From IMG/VR virus record IMGVR_UViG_651703099_000001, positions 8,333-72,332 of that record: 64,000 nt of DNA; one strand, given 5' to 3'. The notes beneath the pieces are model-generated. The model was not told the DNA's origin. It saw nothing but the letters and a program-made list of their open reading frames with translations, and made no database searches. Each line of letters begins with the position of its first letter. The stretch's first letter is position 1. The DNA is from a virus. Lineage: Duplodnaviria > Caudoviricetes. Below are positions 17,515 to 26,372 of the stretch, piece by piece. Position numbers and translations under genes: made by a program.

Positions 17515-18846
17515 ACGAGTATCAATGATTTAACAGACGTTGACACTACCACCGCTGCGCCTACTACTGGTCAGTTGCTCGAATGGGACGGCGCCAACTG
17601 GGTTCCTGGCGATGCGCCTGCTGGCGCTGTTAGCAGTGTTAATGGTGAAACAGGCGTCGTGTCCCTGGGCGTTCAGGACATGGATGACTTTAAGCTGAAC
17701 CAAGTTTTCGGAGGGCTTTCCTGGGCTGGTTACTCTTCTTCGGGAAATTCTGCTTTGACCAGCAACGAATGGTGGTCAAACCAATTCAATTTGATTGTCT
17801 CTCCAGTCACGACAGCAGGCGATCAGACTTCAGCCCTGCTGGGAATGACTGGCGAAATCATTTTGACCGACGCCTCTAACGCTACTTTTTCATTTACGCC
17901 AACAAACATAACTTCTGATAACAATGGATCTGGAGGAGCTCCTAGAATCCTGATAGCTGGTATTGGCGCGACTATCGATGGCGCTATTAACAAGTCGGGC
18001 GGGCTGACTATCTCGAATATAACCTTTGGCGCGCTTGACGTACCTCTTGCTGAAGGCGAGATTCTTCTGTGGAACAGCACTGAAAGCAAATTCAAGCCGC
18101 AAGCGATAGCCACGGTGGCAACAAGTGGCTCTTACAATGACCTGGCTAACTTGCCTACCCTTGTCACGAGCATTGATGGCCTGACAGACGTAGACACTTC
18201 CACGGCGGCGCCTACGGACGGCCAAGTCTTGACATGGGACAATGCCAACGGTCAGTGGGAGCCCGCAACCCCTTCTGGAAGCATCCAGACCGCAAGCGAC
18301 TTCGAGTTAAATCCTGCTGGTACCGATCTTACTTGGTCTACTTGTCTTGGCGCTACTACAATTTCAAATGATCCGCCTGGAAGTTGGGGGGCATTTGAAT
18401 CAGGTGGAGAGACGACTATTTCAATCGAAGAAGCATCAGACCAGGGTGATGTTACGGCAAAGCTTCAAGCGATTCAGGTCAATGACGTTATTGCGGTTAA
18501 CGGTACAAATAGGACAGTTGTTTCTAAATCTGATTTTCTTAGCCTACAAGGCGAGATGAGATTATCATTTGCCGGAGTTGGTTACATAGATAATACGGCT
18601 GGTGCTAATACGCTCACTCTTTCTGCTGCACAATTCGCTACTGGAACCACCCCCCTGGCTGATGGCGATATCCTGCAATATGTTGCAGCCGACTCCGCGT
18701 TCAAGCCCGCGCAGATCCCAGTTGACTCCAACATTGCCCAGGCTGGCACGGGTGCCAACGCCATCAACAACCTCGTAACCATCTCTCAGGTAGACTACGA
18801 CGCGCTCGGCACTCCTGACGCCAACACCGTTTACTTTATCGTCTAA
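16795..18846 (+). CDS. tail fibre protein 3 (modular)
   Basis: RIKPKKS..ELAVNTADGKLF N-terminus, SVNGETGVVSL repeats, three variable domains, C-terminal SQVDYDAL..DANTVYFI. Confidence 0.85.
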   Translation: MADLTARIKPKKSSTTGEVPQASDLEVAELAVNTADGKLFVKHTDNSIKEISGGVDSVNGEIGVVSLGVVDMNDYSPRYVSADPAWLMSTTFTNSTQFTGDGQGFLTGGGTVYVYLRKVDADGIDRTSQLMGLQIGDSLTFSWNGGANTNVKDVFGEAPTEYTDFVRIRVNNSTESWSDNQRVEISGGTLSATPTEVPKATGDLLTWNSVTSKFEPTPKLLATVATTGAYSDLSGTPTLVTSINDLTDVDTTTAAPTTGQLLEWDGANWVPGDAPAGAVSSVNGETGVVSLGVQDMDDFKLNQVFGGLSWAGYSSSGNSALTSNEWWSNQFNLIVSPVTTAGDQTSALLGMTGEIILTDASNATFSFTPTNITSDNNGSGGAPRILIAGIGATIDGAINKSGGLTISNITFGALDVPLAEGEILLWNSTESKFKPQAIATVATSGSYNDLANLPTLVTSIDGLTDVDTSTAAPTDGQVLTWDNANGQWEPATPSGSIQTASDFELNPAGTDLTWSTCLGATTISNDPPGSWGAFESGGETTISIEEASDQGDVTAKLQAIQVNDVIAVNGTNRTVVSKSDFLSLQGEMRLSFAGVGYIDNTAGANTLTLSAAQFATGTTPLADGDILQYVAADSAFKPAQIPVDSNIAQAGTGANAINNLVTISQVDYDALGTPDANTVYFIV

Positions 18847-19919
18847 TGGGATACCTCGGAAGTTCTGCATTTGCTGGGGTCAAGGCTGGCTCCAGCGACG
18901 TGTCCAAGATTTATGTAGGCAGCAGTCTGGCGTGGGAATCAAGCCCATCGTCCGCGTTTAAGCTTTTGACCTACACGGGTAATGGAGCTGCACGCTCTAT
19001 CACTGGTGCTGGGTTTGAGCCTGGACTGGTTTGGATAAACAAAACCAGTAGTTCCTCAAAGCGTGATATGATTTTTGACGTAACTAGGGGGCCTACAAAG
19101 CTTGTTACCCTTAACTATGCCAGTGCAGAAAACACTAACGTCAATTCATTAACCTCCTTCGACGCGGATGGATTTAGCCTAGGTACTGAATATGACACAA
19201 ACCAAAGCGGCGTAGTGTATCGCGCATTTTGCTGGGGAGGGCTTGGGCCGGCGGCCACAAACAATGACGGCACTACTGCTACAAACGTTAGAGTCAGCGC
19301 AGGGACTGGCTTTAGCGTATTCACTTATACTGGCAATTCGGTTTCTAATACCACAATCGGCCACGGCCTCGGAAGCACTCCAGACTTTGTTCTGATTCAA
19401 TATCGGTTTCCTAACCTTAGCTATCTTAACAGGGTTTACGCTCCTTCGGTCAGTACGGGAAACCAAGTCTGGACTATTGCGTATCAGTCTGCGCTGACAA
19501 CGGGCTCAAGCGCGATATTAGCCGTTGGACCAAACACAATTACCTTGTCAAGCAACGGTTCAGTGAACGGGACAAACGGCGGAGGGCTGTCGTATGTGGG
19601 TTACGCATTTAAGTCGGTTCCTGGTCTCAGTAAATTTGGCGTGGTTACGAACGATGGCAGCGGAGTCGTCAATGTTGACTGTGGATTTATGCCGCAATTT
19701 CTGCTGTTAAAAGCCTATAACGTTTTCCAAAACTGGTACGTGTGCACTCCTACCGGCGGCACTACTGGCTATGTTACTTTCACTACACCTCCCACCGACC
19801 AGGCCAGCAACGTTAGCTCAAACATTGCAATTACGGGCACGGGCTTCAGCCTTGACCCAGGCGCCCCTGGCAATGTCAGCGGGGGCACGAGCAGCTTGTT
19901 CTACATGGCCTACGGCTGA
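18846..19919 (+). CDS. fibre tip/receptor-binding protein
   Basis: SKIYVGSSLAW N-terminus, TYTGN repeats, HGLGSTPDFV; coupled to fibre 3. Confidence 0.7.
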   Translation: MGYLGSSAFAGVKAGSSDVSKIYVGSSLAWESSPSSAFKLLTYTGNGAARSITGAGFEPGLVWINKTSSSSKRDMIFDVTRGPTKLVTLNYASAENTNVNSLTSFDADGFSLGTEYDTNQSGVVYRAFCWGGLGPAATNNDGTTATNVRVSAGTGFSVFTYTGNSVSNTTIGHGLGSTPDFVLIQYRFPNLSYLNRVYAPSVSTGNQVWTIAYQSALTTGSSAILAVGPNTITLSSNGSVNGTNGGGLSYVGYAFKSVPGLSKFGVVTNDGSGVVNVDCGFMPQFLLLKAYNVFQNWYVCTPTGGTTGYVTFTTPPTDQASNVSSNIAITGTGFSLDPGAPGNVSGGTSSLFYMAYG

Positions 19920-19921
19920 TC

Positions 19922-19931
19922 GGCATACTAG
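19922..19931 (+). promoter_or_regulatory. putative late promoter GGCATACTAG
   Basis: Consensus-like copy 19 nt before ATG 19951. Confidence 0.7.
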
Positions 19932-19950
19932 CCCAGCGTTTTGATCCGTT

Positions 19951-20370
19951 ATGGACATCGTTGCCGAACTCAGTTACGATGGGAAGCAGCCTCTGGGGCC
20001 ATGTTCCGCTTGGCCGCGAGATAGGCACGAAAAGTTAATGGCGGGCCTGCCTTCGGTTGTCAATGCCGACGGCACTGTTGATACTTTTATGCCCGAATTG
20101 GCTAGCGGGGGGCGCGTTACACACGCTAAAAAAGTCAACGCTGGTATCGGCAAAATGGCTCGCGGACTGGTCCGCAACGCTGGGCAGGCTATTATGCACG
20201 GCAAGGTGTCGGAGGAAATCAGAAATGAGCGCTACGACACCTGCAAGGCGTGCCCTTTCTTTGTTGAGGGCAGCAAGCGCTGCTCTGAGTGCGGCTGTTT
20301 CATGGAGGCAAAGACTTGGATAGGTGGCGACCCGAACGCGCTGTGCCCCAAGCAGAAGTGGAGTCGTTGA
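19951..20370 (+). CDS. Cys-cluster protein (CxxC...CxxCGC...CP..KW)
   Basis: RYDTCKACP, RCSECGCFMEAK, CPKQKW. Confidence 0.7.
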   Translation: MDIVAELSYDGKQPLGPCSAWPRDRHEKLMAGLPSVVNADGTVDTFMPELASGGRVTHAKKVNAGIGKMARGLVRNAGQAIMHGKVSEEIRNERYDTCKACPFFVEGSKRCSECGCFMEAKTWIGGDPNALCPKQKWSR

Positions 20371-20371
20371 C

Positions 20372-21097
20372 ATGGCGCTTAAACCACCAGACATGGAAAG
20401 CTGCACCCCAAAGGTTGTTTGCCTAGGCGGTGTCAACAACGGAACGGCCTACGATCCATCAGATCCGTGTCCAGGCGGATTCAACTTTGATTCATCTGCC
20501 TGCGACTGCAAGACTGTTTTTCCTCAAACAGGCGGATACTGGAGATGGTCTGGTACGGTTACCTCCACTACTCCGAACGGCGACTACGCCAGAGCTGTTA
20601 TCGTTATTTCAGGCCCTACTGGCAATGAATCTATTGTTGGAGAAGGATACGGGTCTGCTCAGGCGACTGGCGTAACTCCCTGGAAATTTCTTCCAGTCAA
20701 CACGGATCCAGAAACTGGAGAAAAGATTCATTATCTTCCAGCAATGCTGGGCCAAGATGCTCCTCCAACTTTTGACACCGAACCAAACACTTGGTATGCC
20801 CTAAACGCCTCTGGCAGTTCTTACAAGCGAGGTAGTTGCAACGGCGGCTGGAGTACTGGTAGTCCCAGTGTGCGTCAAGTATCTGATGCTTATGACCCAA
20901 ACTTTCCGCCACCACCGTTGGCGCTTGGTGCCTACAGCATGGGATTCTCGATTTCAGGAAGTGGGTCTACTTGCTACGGCGCCCCGGTCGGATCCCTTAC
21001 GACCTATAGCGGTGCCTGGCAGTACAGTCCCAACGCAAGCGAAAGCAACATTACCTATGAATACGACAGCGACCCCTACACCCCACAAAACCCATAG
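20372..21097 (+). CDS. virion protein with a Cys-rich N-terminus
   Basis: ATG 2 nt after the previous stop; CTPKVVC..DPCPGG..ACDC. Confidence 0.6.
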   Translation: MALKPPDMESCTPKVVCLGGVNNGTAYDPSDPCPGGFNFDSSACDCKTVFPQTGGYWRWSGTVTSTTPNGDYARAVIVISGPTGNESIVGEGYGSAQATGVTPWKFLPVNTDPETGEKIHYLPAMLGQDAPPTFDTEPNTWYALNASGSSYKRGSCNGGWSTGSPSVRQVSDAYDPNFPPPPLALGAYSMGFSISGSGSTCYGAPVGSLTTYSGAWQYSPNASESNITYEYDSDPYTPQNP

Positions 21098-21106
21098 GCA
21101 TACTAC
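21097..21106 (+). promoter_or_regulatory. putative late promoter GGCATACTAC
   Basis: Recurrent motif upstream of the scaffold gene. Confidence 0.65.
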
Positions 21107-21144
21107 TGGCGTTACTTTCAACGGGTGAGACGCCCGATCACTAA

Positions 21145-21876
21145 ATGTCCGAAGAGAACCAAGCCACCGAGATGGCGGCAGAAGCTCCTCAATCCACCGC
21201 AGGCGCTCCGGCTGCCGATGAGATGATGCCTCGCTCTGAGGCTGAAAATCTCCTGAAGGCGCTTAAGGCAGAGCGCGAAGCCCGCAAACAGTACGAACGG
21301 GAACTCAAGGAGCAAAAGGCTCATCTTGAGAAGTTCGCGGAGATCAATCCCGACGAGTACACGAAGCTTCAGCAGGAAGCCGCGGAGGCTGCTCGACTGC
21401 AGGCACAATGGGGCGAAGCTCGTGATGCTATCGAGCAAAAGTATAGCGTGCAGGCAGAGGCTGCTCTAAAGGAGGCCCAGTCCGCCAAGGAGTCTCTGGC
21501 TGCCTACAAGAAGCGCTATGCTCTCGAGAAGGTCTTCAACGCTGCTGGTGGTCGCATTGACTCCGTAGATGGTATCTCCTTCTTCGACTTGATGGCCGAC
21601 CAAGTTGGCAATCGTTTCCGTCAGGAAGCCGATGGCTCTTTGACTGTAATCGATTCGCAAGGCGATCCGATCCTTGACAAAGAGAGCGGAAAACGCATCA
21701 GCCCGGAGGAGTACATGGCCTCGTTCAAGCTTCACCCCGTTTACGGCACCTTCTTTAAGGGGGCCAAGGGTTCTGGTGCTGGCATTGGCTACGGTGGCAC
21801 TGATGCCAACGGTATGGTCATCGAGGACCTGAGTGGGCTCTCTGCTGAAGAGATGTTCCAGCGTGCCTTTTCTTAG
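21145..21876 (+). CDS. capsid scaffolding protein
   Basis: Acidic coiled coil, KALKAEREARK, GSGAG near the C-terminus; upstream of the capsid gene. Confidence 0.8.
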   Translation: MSEENQATEMAAEAPQSTAGAPAADEMMPRSEAENLLKALKAEREARKQYERELKEQKAHLEKFAEINPDEYTKLQQEAAEAARLQAQWGEARDAIEQKYSVQAEAALKEAQSAKESLAAYKKRYALEKVFNAAGGRIDSVDGISFFDLMADQVGNRFRQEADGSLTVIDSQGDPILDKESGKRISPEEYMASFKLHPVYGTFFKGAKGSGAGIGYGGTDANGMVIEDLSGLSAEEMFQRAFS

Positions 21877-21887
21877 GCTGGTATGAC

Positions 21888-21897
21888 TGGTATACTG
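21888..21897 (+). promoter_or_regulatory. extended -10 promoter TGGTATACTG
   Basis: One of about 9 TGNTATACTG copies; precedes an HNH gene. Confidence 0.6.
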
Positions 21898-21918
21898 TAA
21901 GCAGTTACCCTGCTTGCG

Positions 21919-22437
21919 ATGAAACAGTCTCACCACCCCTTGTACCGCAGGTGGCGCAACATGATTGAAAGGTGCTACCTGCCCTGTCATAACTCCTACC
22001 ACAATTACGGTGGTAGGGGTATTTTTGTATGTGAGCGCTGGAGAGAGTCCAAGGGACGGGGAAGTCGTCAATGGGCGCCAGGCTTCCTTGCATTCCTTGA
22101 AGACATGGAGCCGACTTTCAAAAAGGGCCTACAGATAGAGCGCATCGATAACGATGGCCCCTACTCGCCCGAAAACTGTCGCTGGGCTACAGTCGAGGAG
22201 CAGCAGGCCAACAAGCGTCCCAAGCGCAAGTCGGGCACCTACAAGCCCTGTAAACTCAAAAAAGAACGAGATCTTCCTCGTTGGGTTTACAGGAACAGAA
22301 CTGGCGAGAAGTACTACGCAAAGGTCAAGCATGCAGACAAGTGGTACAGGACCCAATCTTACATCAACCCAGAAGACGCACACATTATGGCTTTAGCTCT
22401 TCGTCTAGAGCTTCGGGGTCGCGATATCTTTTCCTGA
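21919..22437 (+). CDS. HNH homing endonuclease with an AP2-like C-terminus
   Basis: [37 protein letters not shown]. Confidence 0.88.
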   Translation: MKQSHHPLYRRWRNMIERCYLPCHNSYHNYGGRGIFVCERWRESKGRGSRQWAPGFLAFLEDMEPTFKKGLQIERIDNDGPYSPENCRWATVEEQQANKRPKRKSGTYKPCKLKKERDLPRWVYRNRTGEKYYAKVKHADKWYRTQSYINPEDAHIMALALRLELRGRDIFS

Positions 22438-22468
22438 TGAACTTCTAACTTACTTCAAATTAGAAGGT

Positions 22469-22490
22469 GGGCCCGCGAGGGCCCTTTTTT
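22469..22490 (+). terminator. intrinsic terminator
   Basis: GGGCCC-GCGA-GGGCCC-T6. Confidence 0.85.
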
Positions 22491-22631
22491 GTGAATAGGT
22501 ATTATAGGTATAGATCACCCAGAAGGGAAGTTCCGAGATGGAATGGACTGGAGGGTGTCATGCCGACGCTTGCGCGAGGCTTGCGTAGGCAATTCACCCA
22601 ATCTTTGTTCATCCATCCTTAGGTAATTATC

Positions 22632-23534
22632 ATGGCATTGACACTGCTCGAAGCCCAGAAGCATGCTCGCACTCCCCAGGAACTGGCGGTTGTGACCGAG
22701 CTGGCTGCTGGCCCCCTGCTCCAGACCCTGCCTTTCCGTAACATCGAAGGCAACGGCCTTTTCTGGAAGCGTGAAGAAGCTCTGCCCGACGTGGGTTTCC
22801 GTAACTACAACGGCGCCCTGGCTGAGAGCTATGCTGAAGTGAGCCAGCAGTCTGAAAGTCTCAAGCTCTTCGGTGGCGACATCAAGGTTGATCGCGCTAT
22901 CGTGGACCTCGAGGGTGCTCAGGCCAAGGCTTACCAGATCCAGAGCCGCGTTCGCGCAATGCGTCTGGCTTGGGAAGCTCTGTTCATCAAGGGCGATTCC
23001 AACCAGTCCCCCTCCGAGTTCGACGGTCTGGCCGCTCGCATTAAGTCTGGCTCCAGCCAGTACTTCCAGAACGGCACCGCAGGCAACCAGGCACTGAACC
23101 TGGGCACCCTTGACGAAGCCATCGATGCTGTGGACGCCCAGGGCGGCCAAAAGTATCTGGTGATGTCGAAGTCCGCTCGTCGTGCCCTGAGCCGTCAAGC
23201 TCGTACCAACACTCAGATCGACATCGTTCGTAACGAGTTTGGCTACCAGCAGATGATTTATGCCGGCCTGCCCGTGCTCGAGCTGGATCGCGACCACAAG
23301 AACGTCGCTATCCTCGACGCTACCCCCACCAGCCAGGACCTGTATGTGGTGTCCTTCGGTAACGACCACCTGACCGGCATCCAGAACGGCGGCGTGTCCG
23401 TTCGTGAGCTGGGTGAAAGCCACAGCCAGCCTCAGCTCATCACTCGCGTTGAGTGGTACTGCGGCCTGGCTCTGATCAACGGCCGTGCAGCAGCTCGGGT
23501 TGCTGACTTCAACTCCAACCTCGACCCTTCCTGA
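22632..23534 (+). CDS. major capsid protein
   Basis: MALTLLEAQK, LPF, GGDIKVDRAI, EFDGL, TRVEWYCGLA; strong codon bias; follows the scaffold gene. Confidence 0.9.
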   Translation: MALTLLEAQKHARTPQELAVVTELAAGPLLQTLPFRNIEGNGLFWKREEALPDVGFRNYNGALAESYAEVSQQSESLKLFGGDIKVDRAIVDLEGAQAKAYQIQSRVRAMRLAWEALFIKGDSNQSPSEFDGLAARIKSGSSQYFQNGTAGNQALNLGTLDEAIDAVDAQGGQKYLVMSKSARRALSRQARTNTQIDIVRNEFGYQQMIYAGLPVLELDRDHKNVAILDATPTSQDLYVVSFGNDHLTGIQNGGVSVRELGESHSQPQLITRVEWYCGLALINGRAAARVADFNSNLDPS

Positions 23535-23555
23535 TCTAGTCTCCTAGATATCCTG

Positions 23556-23577
23556 GGGCCCTTCGGGGCCCTTTTTT
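23556..23577 (+). terminator. intrinsic terminator
   Basis: GGGCCC-TTCG-GGGCCC-T6. Confidence 0.9.
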
Positions 23578-23622
23578 CATGGCACAACCTTATTGGCACA
23601 ATACTTTATCCGCGAGCACCAA

Positions 23623-23937
23623 ATGCTAAGTCCTGCCATCAGGCAAAGGATCGAGTTTATCTGCAGCAGAATCAGGAACGGGGCTGATGTACCCTATGCA
23701 GATATGGTTTGGATTCAGAAATGGGCTGACCACAATCCAAGTGTTGCCACGTGGCTGAGACAGGCTCGGCGTTCAGCATTTCAGCAGGAGGCTGCCCCAG
23801 AGGGGATGGATTCATTTTGCCAGGCCATGGACATAGGAGAGCCGGATCCGTCTGACCACCTAATTGGACCACAGGATCCTGTAGAATTGGCGGAGTGGTT
23901 TCAGAACAAACAGAAATGGTTCAGGGGTCAGCAATGA
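23623..23937 (+). CDS. conserved cyanophage hypothetical protein
   Basis: MLS..R.R.EFIC..I..G..V...DM.W pattern recalled from cyanophages. Confidence 0.6.
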   Translation: MLSPAIRQRIEFICSRIRNGADVPYADMVWIQKWADHNPSVATWLRQARRSAFQQEAAPEGMDSFCQAMDIGEPDPSDHLIGPQDPVELAEWFQNKQKWFRGQQ

Positions 23938-23938
23938 T

Positions 23939-23948
23939 GGAAACCTAT
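23939..23948 (+). promoter_or_regulatory. putative late promoter GGAAACCTAT
   Basis: Recurrent motif 22 nt before the hli ATG. Confidence 0.6.
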
Positions 23949-23970
23949 AGCTTTCTTATTGCTTAAGATT

Positions 23971-24105
23971 ATGAATGAAGACAAAGCGCTCAAGCAGCAA
24001 CTTCGTATTGTTGAGCTTGTTAATGGTCGGGCTGCTATGCTTGGCGTCATTGCCGCCATCGGAGCTTACCTTGTTACCGGGCAGATTGTTCCCGGAATCT
24101 TTTAG
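23971..24105 (+). CDS. hli: high-light-inducible protein (HLIP), 44 aa, missing from the ORF track
   Basis: MNEDKALKQQLRIVELVNGRAAMLGVIAAIGAYLVTGQIVPGIF: ExxNGRxAMxG chlorophyll-binding motif and TGQIxPGIF tail. Confidence 0.95.
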   Translation: MNEDKALKQQLRIVELVNGRAAMLGVIAAIGAYLVTGQIVPGIF

Positions 24106-24217
24106 AGAGATTTTCTGGTGAGGCCCCGTCCGTTGATTCGGCATAATAAGGTAGCTAGCCGCGCCACTACTCTGCGGGGCGGGCTACCTCTCAACCTTAA
24201 CATCTGGAGTTTTTTCA

Positions 24218-24586
24218 ATGGCTGCACGTTCTTCTGGTCTTTTCCCTCGCGAAGGCTTTAACCTCGACGACGGCTGCAAGATCACCGCTACCGCTACCGG
24301 TACCGATGCTCCCATCACCCTGACCTCCGCTAAGACCATTCGCGTGGTCGTGATCGGCGCCAGCGGCATCGACGACGCTGGTACCAACAAGATCACCGTG
24401 ACCCTCGGCGGTCAGGCCGTGGTGTTCAACGCTGCTGACCTCGATGGCAACGGCGTGGGCATCGCTCATGTCCGTGGCGCTCTGTGTGACGCAGACGACA
24501 ACGATGCGTTCTACACCCTGGGTGGCACTGCTGCTATCGCTGGTGGCGTTTACCTGGAGCTGGTTGACGGCCCCGGCCGCGGCTGA
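24218..24586 (+). CDS. probable head decoration/cement protein
   Basis: Capsid-like codon bias, beta-rich 122 aa, late motif at 24140. Confidence 0.55.
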   Translation: MAARSSGLFPREGFNLDDGCKITATATGTDAPITLTSAKTIRVVVIGASGIDDAGTNKITVTLGGQAVVFNAADLDGNGVGIAHVRGALCDADDNDAFYTLGGTAAIAGGVYLELVDGPGRG

Positions 24587-24643
24587 TCTAGCTCTCTGAC
24601 AACTGAATAGGAAAGCTAAGGGGTCATTACGGCCCCTTTTTTT

Positions 24644-24991
24644 ATGGCGCACCTCAAGAAGATGCCGACCTACTTCGTCAAGGGCGAGGAGCGTCGTGCT
24701 GCATATTACACCGTCGATGCCCGCGAGTTGATCGAAGCAGGCTTCGTAGAAGAAGGCGCAGAGCCTGGTAAGAAGATCGAGGCTCACGAGCCCAAGCCTG
24801 TTCCCGAGACTCTGGTAGAGGCTGGTATTGATGCTTTCGATACTGAGGCCGTCAAGGATGAGGGCAGTGAGACCGACCTTGAGGAAATGACCAAGGCTGA
24901 GCTTCTGGAATTTGCCATGGAGCGCGGTCTGGATCTGCCAAACAATGAGCGCAAGGCTGACATTCTTGCCGAGTGCCGCAAACTTGTTTGA
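24644..24991 (+). CDS. head-associated protein with a C-terminal HeH/Rho-N-like domain
   Basis: LEEMTKAELLEFAMERGLDL...KADIL. Confidence 0.6.
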   Translation: MAHLKKMPTYFVKGEERRAAYYTVDARELIEAGFVEEGAEPGKKIEAHEPKPVPETLVEAGIDAFDTEAVKDEGSETDLEEMTKAELLEFAMERGLDLPNNERKADILAECRKLV

Positions 24992-25050
24992 GACTGACTA
25001 GGCTTTTAGGATAAGCTTAAGGAACCCTAGCTTGCTAGGGTTTTTTTGTT

Positions 25051-25224
25051 ATGGATGTAACATACACTACTGGTCCTCGATACATCAATGGTGTCAACAT
25101 CGATGCAGACGTGCTGGCCTCTGTTGCAGAAGAGCATGAAGTGAGCATTTCTGATCCAGTGACTGGGTTGAAGGGGCTTGGCTACGAACCAGGTCAAAAG
25201 AATTTAGACGGCGGTGATTTGTGA
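25051..25224 (+). CDS. 57-aa hypothetical protein ending LDGGDL (missing from the ORF track)
   Basis: ATG 20 nt after late motif GGAACCCTAG (25021); fills the gap. Confidence 0.6.
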   Translation: MDVTYTTGPRYINGVNIDADVLASVAEEHEVSISDPVTGLKGLGYEPGQKNLDGGDL

Positions 25225-25274
25225 CGTAAATTTGAGAAAAATTGCGGTACCCTAGTTGGTACGGATCACCGATT

Positions 25275-25586
25275 ATGATTCCTGAATTCGTAATCGGCTT
25301 GGTTGGTACGGTTGTACTTGGCTGGGGTACTTTTACGTGGCAGCGTTCGGAACGCGCAATTGAACTTGCCAAGGCTGCGCAAGATTCTACGGGGAAACTT
25401 GAATTGAAACTTGCAGAACAGTATCTTACTAAAGGCGAGTTTGAAGCGCAGATGGAACGCTTGTTCAGCACGCTAAATCGCTTTGAAGAGAAGCTTGATA
25501 ACTATGCGTTCAGCCAAGCCCAGACGATCAGTAATTTACAAGGCAAAGTTCAAGCCTTAGACGGGAGGAAGGATTTCAATGGCTAA
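25275..25586 (+). CDS. single-TM coiled-coil protein (possible lysis accessory)
   Basis: N-terminal hydrophobic helix, YLTKGEF, coiled coil; late motif at 25246. Confidence 0.55.
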   Translation: MIPEFVIGLVGTVVLGWGTFTWQRSERAIELAKAAQDSTGKLELKLAEQYLTKGEFEAQMERLFSTLNRFEEKLDNYAFSQAQTISNLQGKVQALDGRKDFNG

Positions 25587-25893
25587 GAAGCGTTCTACTG
25601 CTAACTTCTACAAAAGCAATCCAGAAGCCTATGCTAAGAAGCTTGCTTATGACAAGAAGCGTAACTCGAAGCCTAGCCGCAAGAAGTACCGTGCTGAACT
25701 TGCTCGTGAACGCCGGGCTCGTGGAATCATGGGCAAGGGCGGTCCTGACGTAAGCCATCAAGCCGGCGGCGGATTTAAGCTTGAGAATGCCAAGAAGAAC
25801 CGTGCCCGCAACGGGGCTGGTGGCAAGGCCAGGCTTGGCAATGGGACAGGTACCCGGAAGTCGTCGACAAAGTACACGCCGCGCAAGAAGTAA
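25579..25893 (+). CDS. Lys/Arg-rich protein with a degenerate HNH-like DVSH..NRARN motif
   Basis: Highly basic composition; motif. Confidence 0.6.
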   Translation: MAKKRSTANFYKSNPEAYAKKLAYDKKRNSKPSRKKYRAELARERRARGIMGKGGPDVSHQAGGGFKLENAKKNRARNGAGGKARLGNGTGTRKSSTKYTPRKK

Positions 25894-26003
25894 TGCCTTT
25901 TAAGTCACCCGAACAGCGCAAGTACTTGTACGCCGCTAAGCCAGCAGTGGCGAAGAAGTTTGCCGCTCACCAAAAAAGGAAACCTAAGAAAGGCAAAAAG
26001 TGA
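25893..26003 (+). CDS. 36-aa basic peptide MPFKSPEQRKYLYAAKP...
   Basis: TAATG coupling; MPFKS..Q pattern common in phage small proteins. Confidence 0.6.
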   Translation: MPFKSPEQRKYLYAAKPAVAKKFAAHQKRKPKKGKK

Positions 26004-26036
26004 TGCCGTTACCTCTTCTTACCGCACAGCAGGCCA

Positions 26037-26327
26037 ATGGCACCCAAAAAGGACGCAAGACTAACCAAAAACGGGCTAAGCGGATACAACAAGCCAAAGC
26101 GAACCCCAAGTCATCCAACAAAAAGTCACGTCGTTCTCGCTAAAGAAGGCAACAAGACCAAGCTGATCCGCTTCGGTGAGCAGGGCGCCAAGACTGCTGG
26201 CAAGCCCAAGGCTGACGAGTCTGATCGCATGAAGCAGAAGCGTGCAAGCTTTAAGGCCCGCCACGCCCGCAACATTGCCAAGGGCAAAATGAGCGCTGCC
26301 TGGTGGAGTAGCCGCGTGAAATGGTAG
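26037..26327 (+). CDS. basic conserved phage protein
   Basis: KLIRFG..G, RASFKARH, SAAWWS..W motifs. Confidence 0.7.
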   Translation: MAPKKDARLTKNGLSGYNKPKRTPSHPTKSHVVLAKEGNKTKLIRFGEQGAKTAGKPKADESDRMKQKRASFKARHARNIAKGKMSAAWWSSRVKW

Positions 26328-26372
26328 ACGGTGGTAAGTGGTATACTGGAGGGAGAGATCCCTCCTTTTTTC

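Noticed and set aside
14677-18846. Diversity-generating retroelement or invertible shufflon in the fibre repeats
   Set aside because: No reverse transcriptase or invertase in the window; the repeats are direct and the differences are not adenine-specific
21877-22500. Group I intron or intein around the HNH genes, or in terL/nrdJ/dnaB
   Set aside because: Flanking genes are intact, the HNH genes have their own promoters, and the enzymes show no intein-like insert
22515-23423. Long minus-strand ORFs opposite the capsid gene (similar ones lie opposite RNR, portal and the early genes)
   Set aside because: Expected shadows of strongly GC3-biased genes
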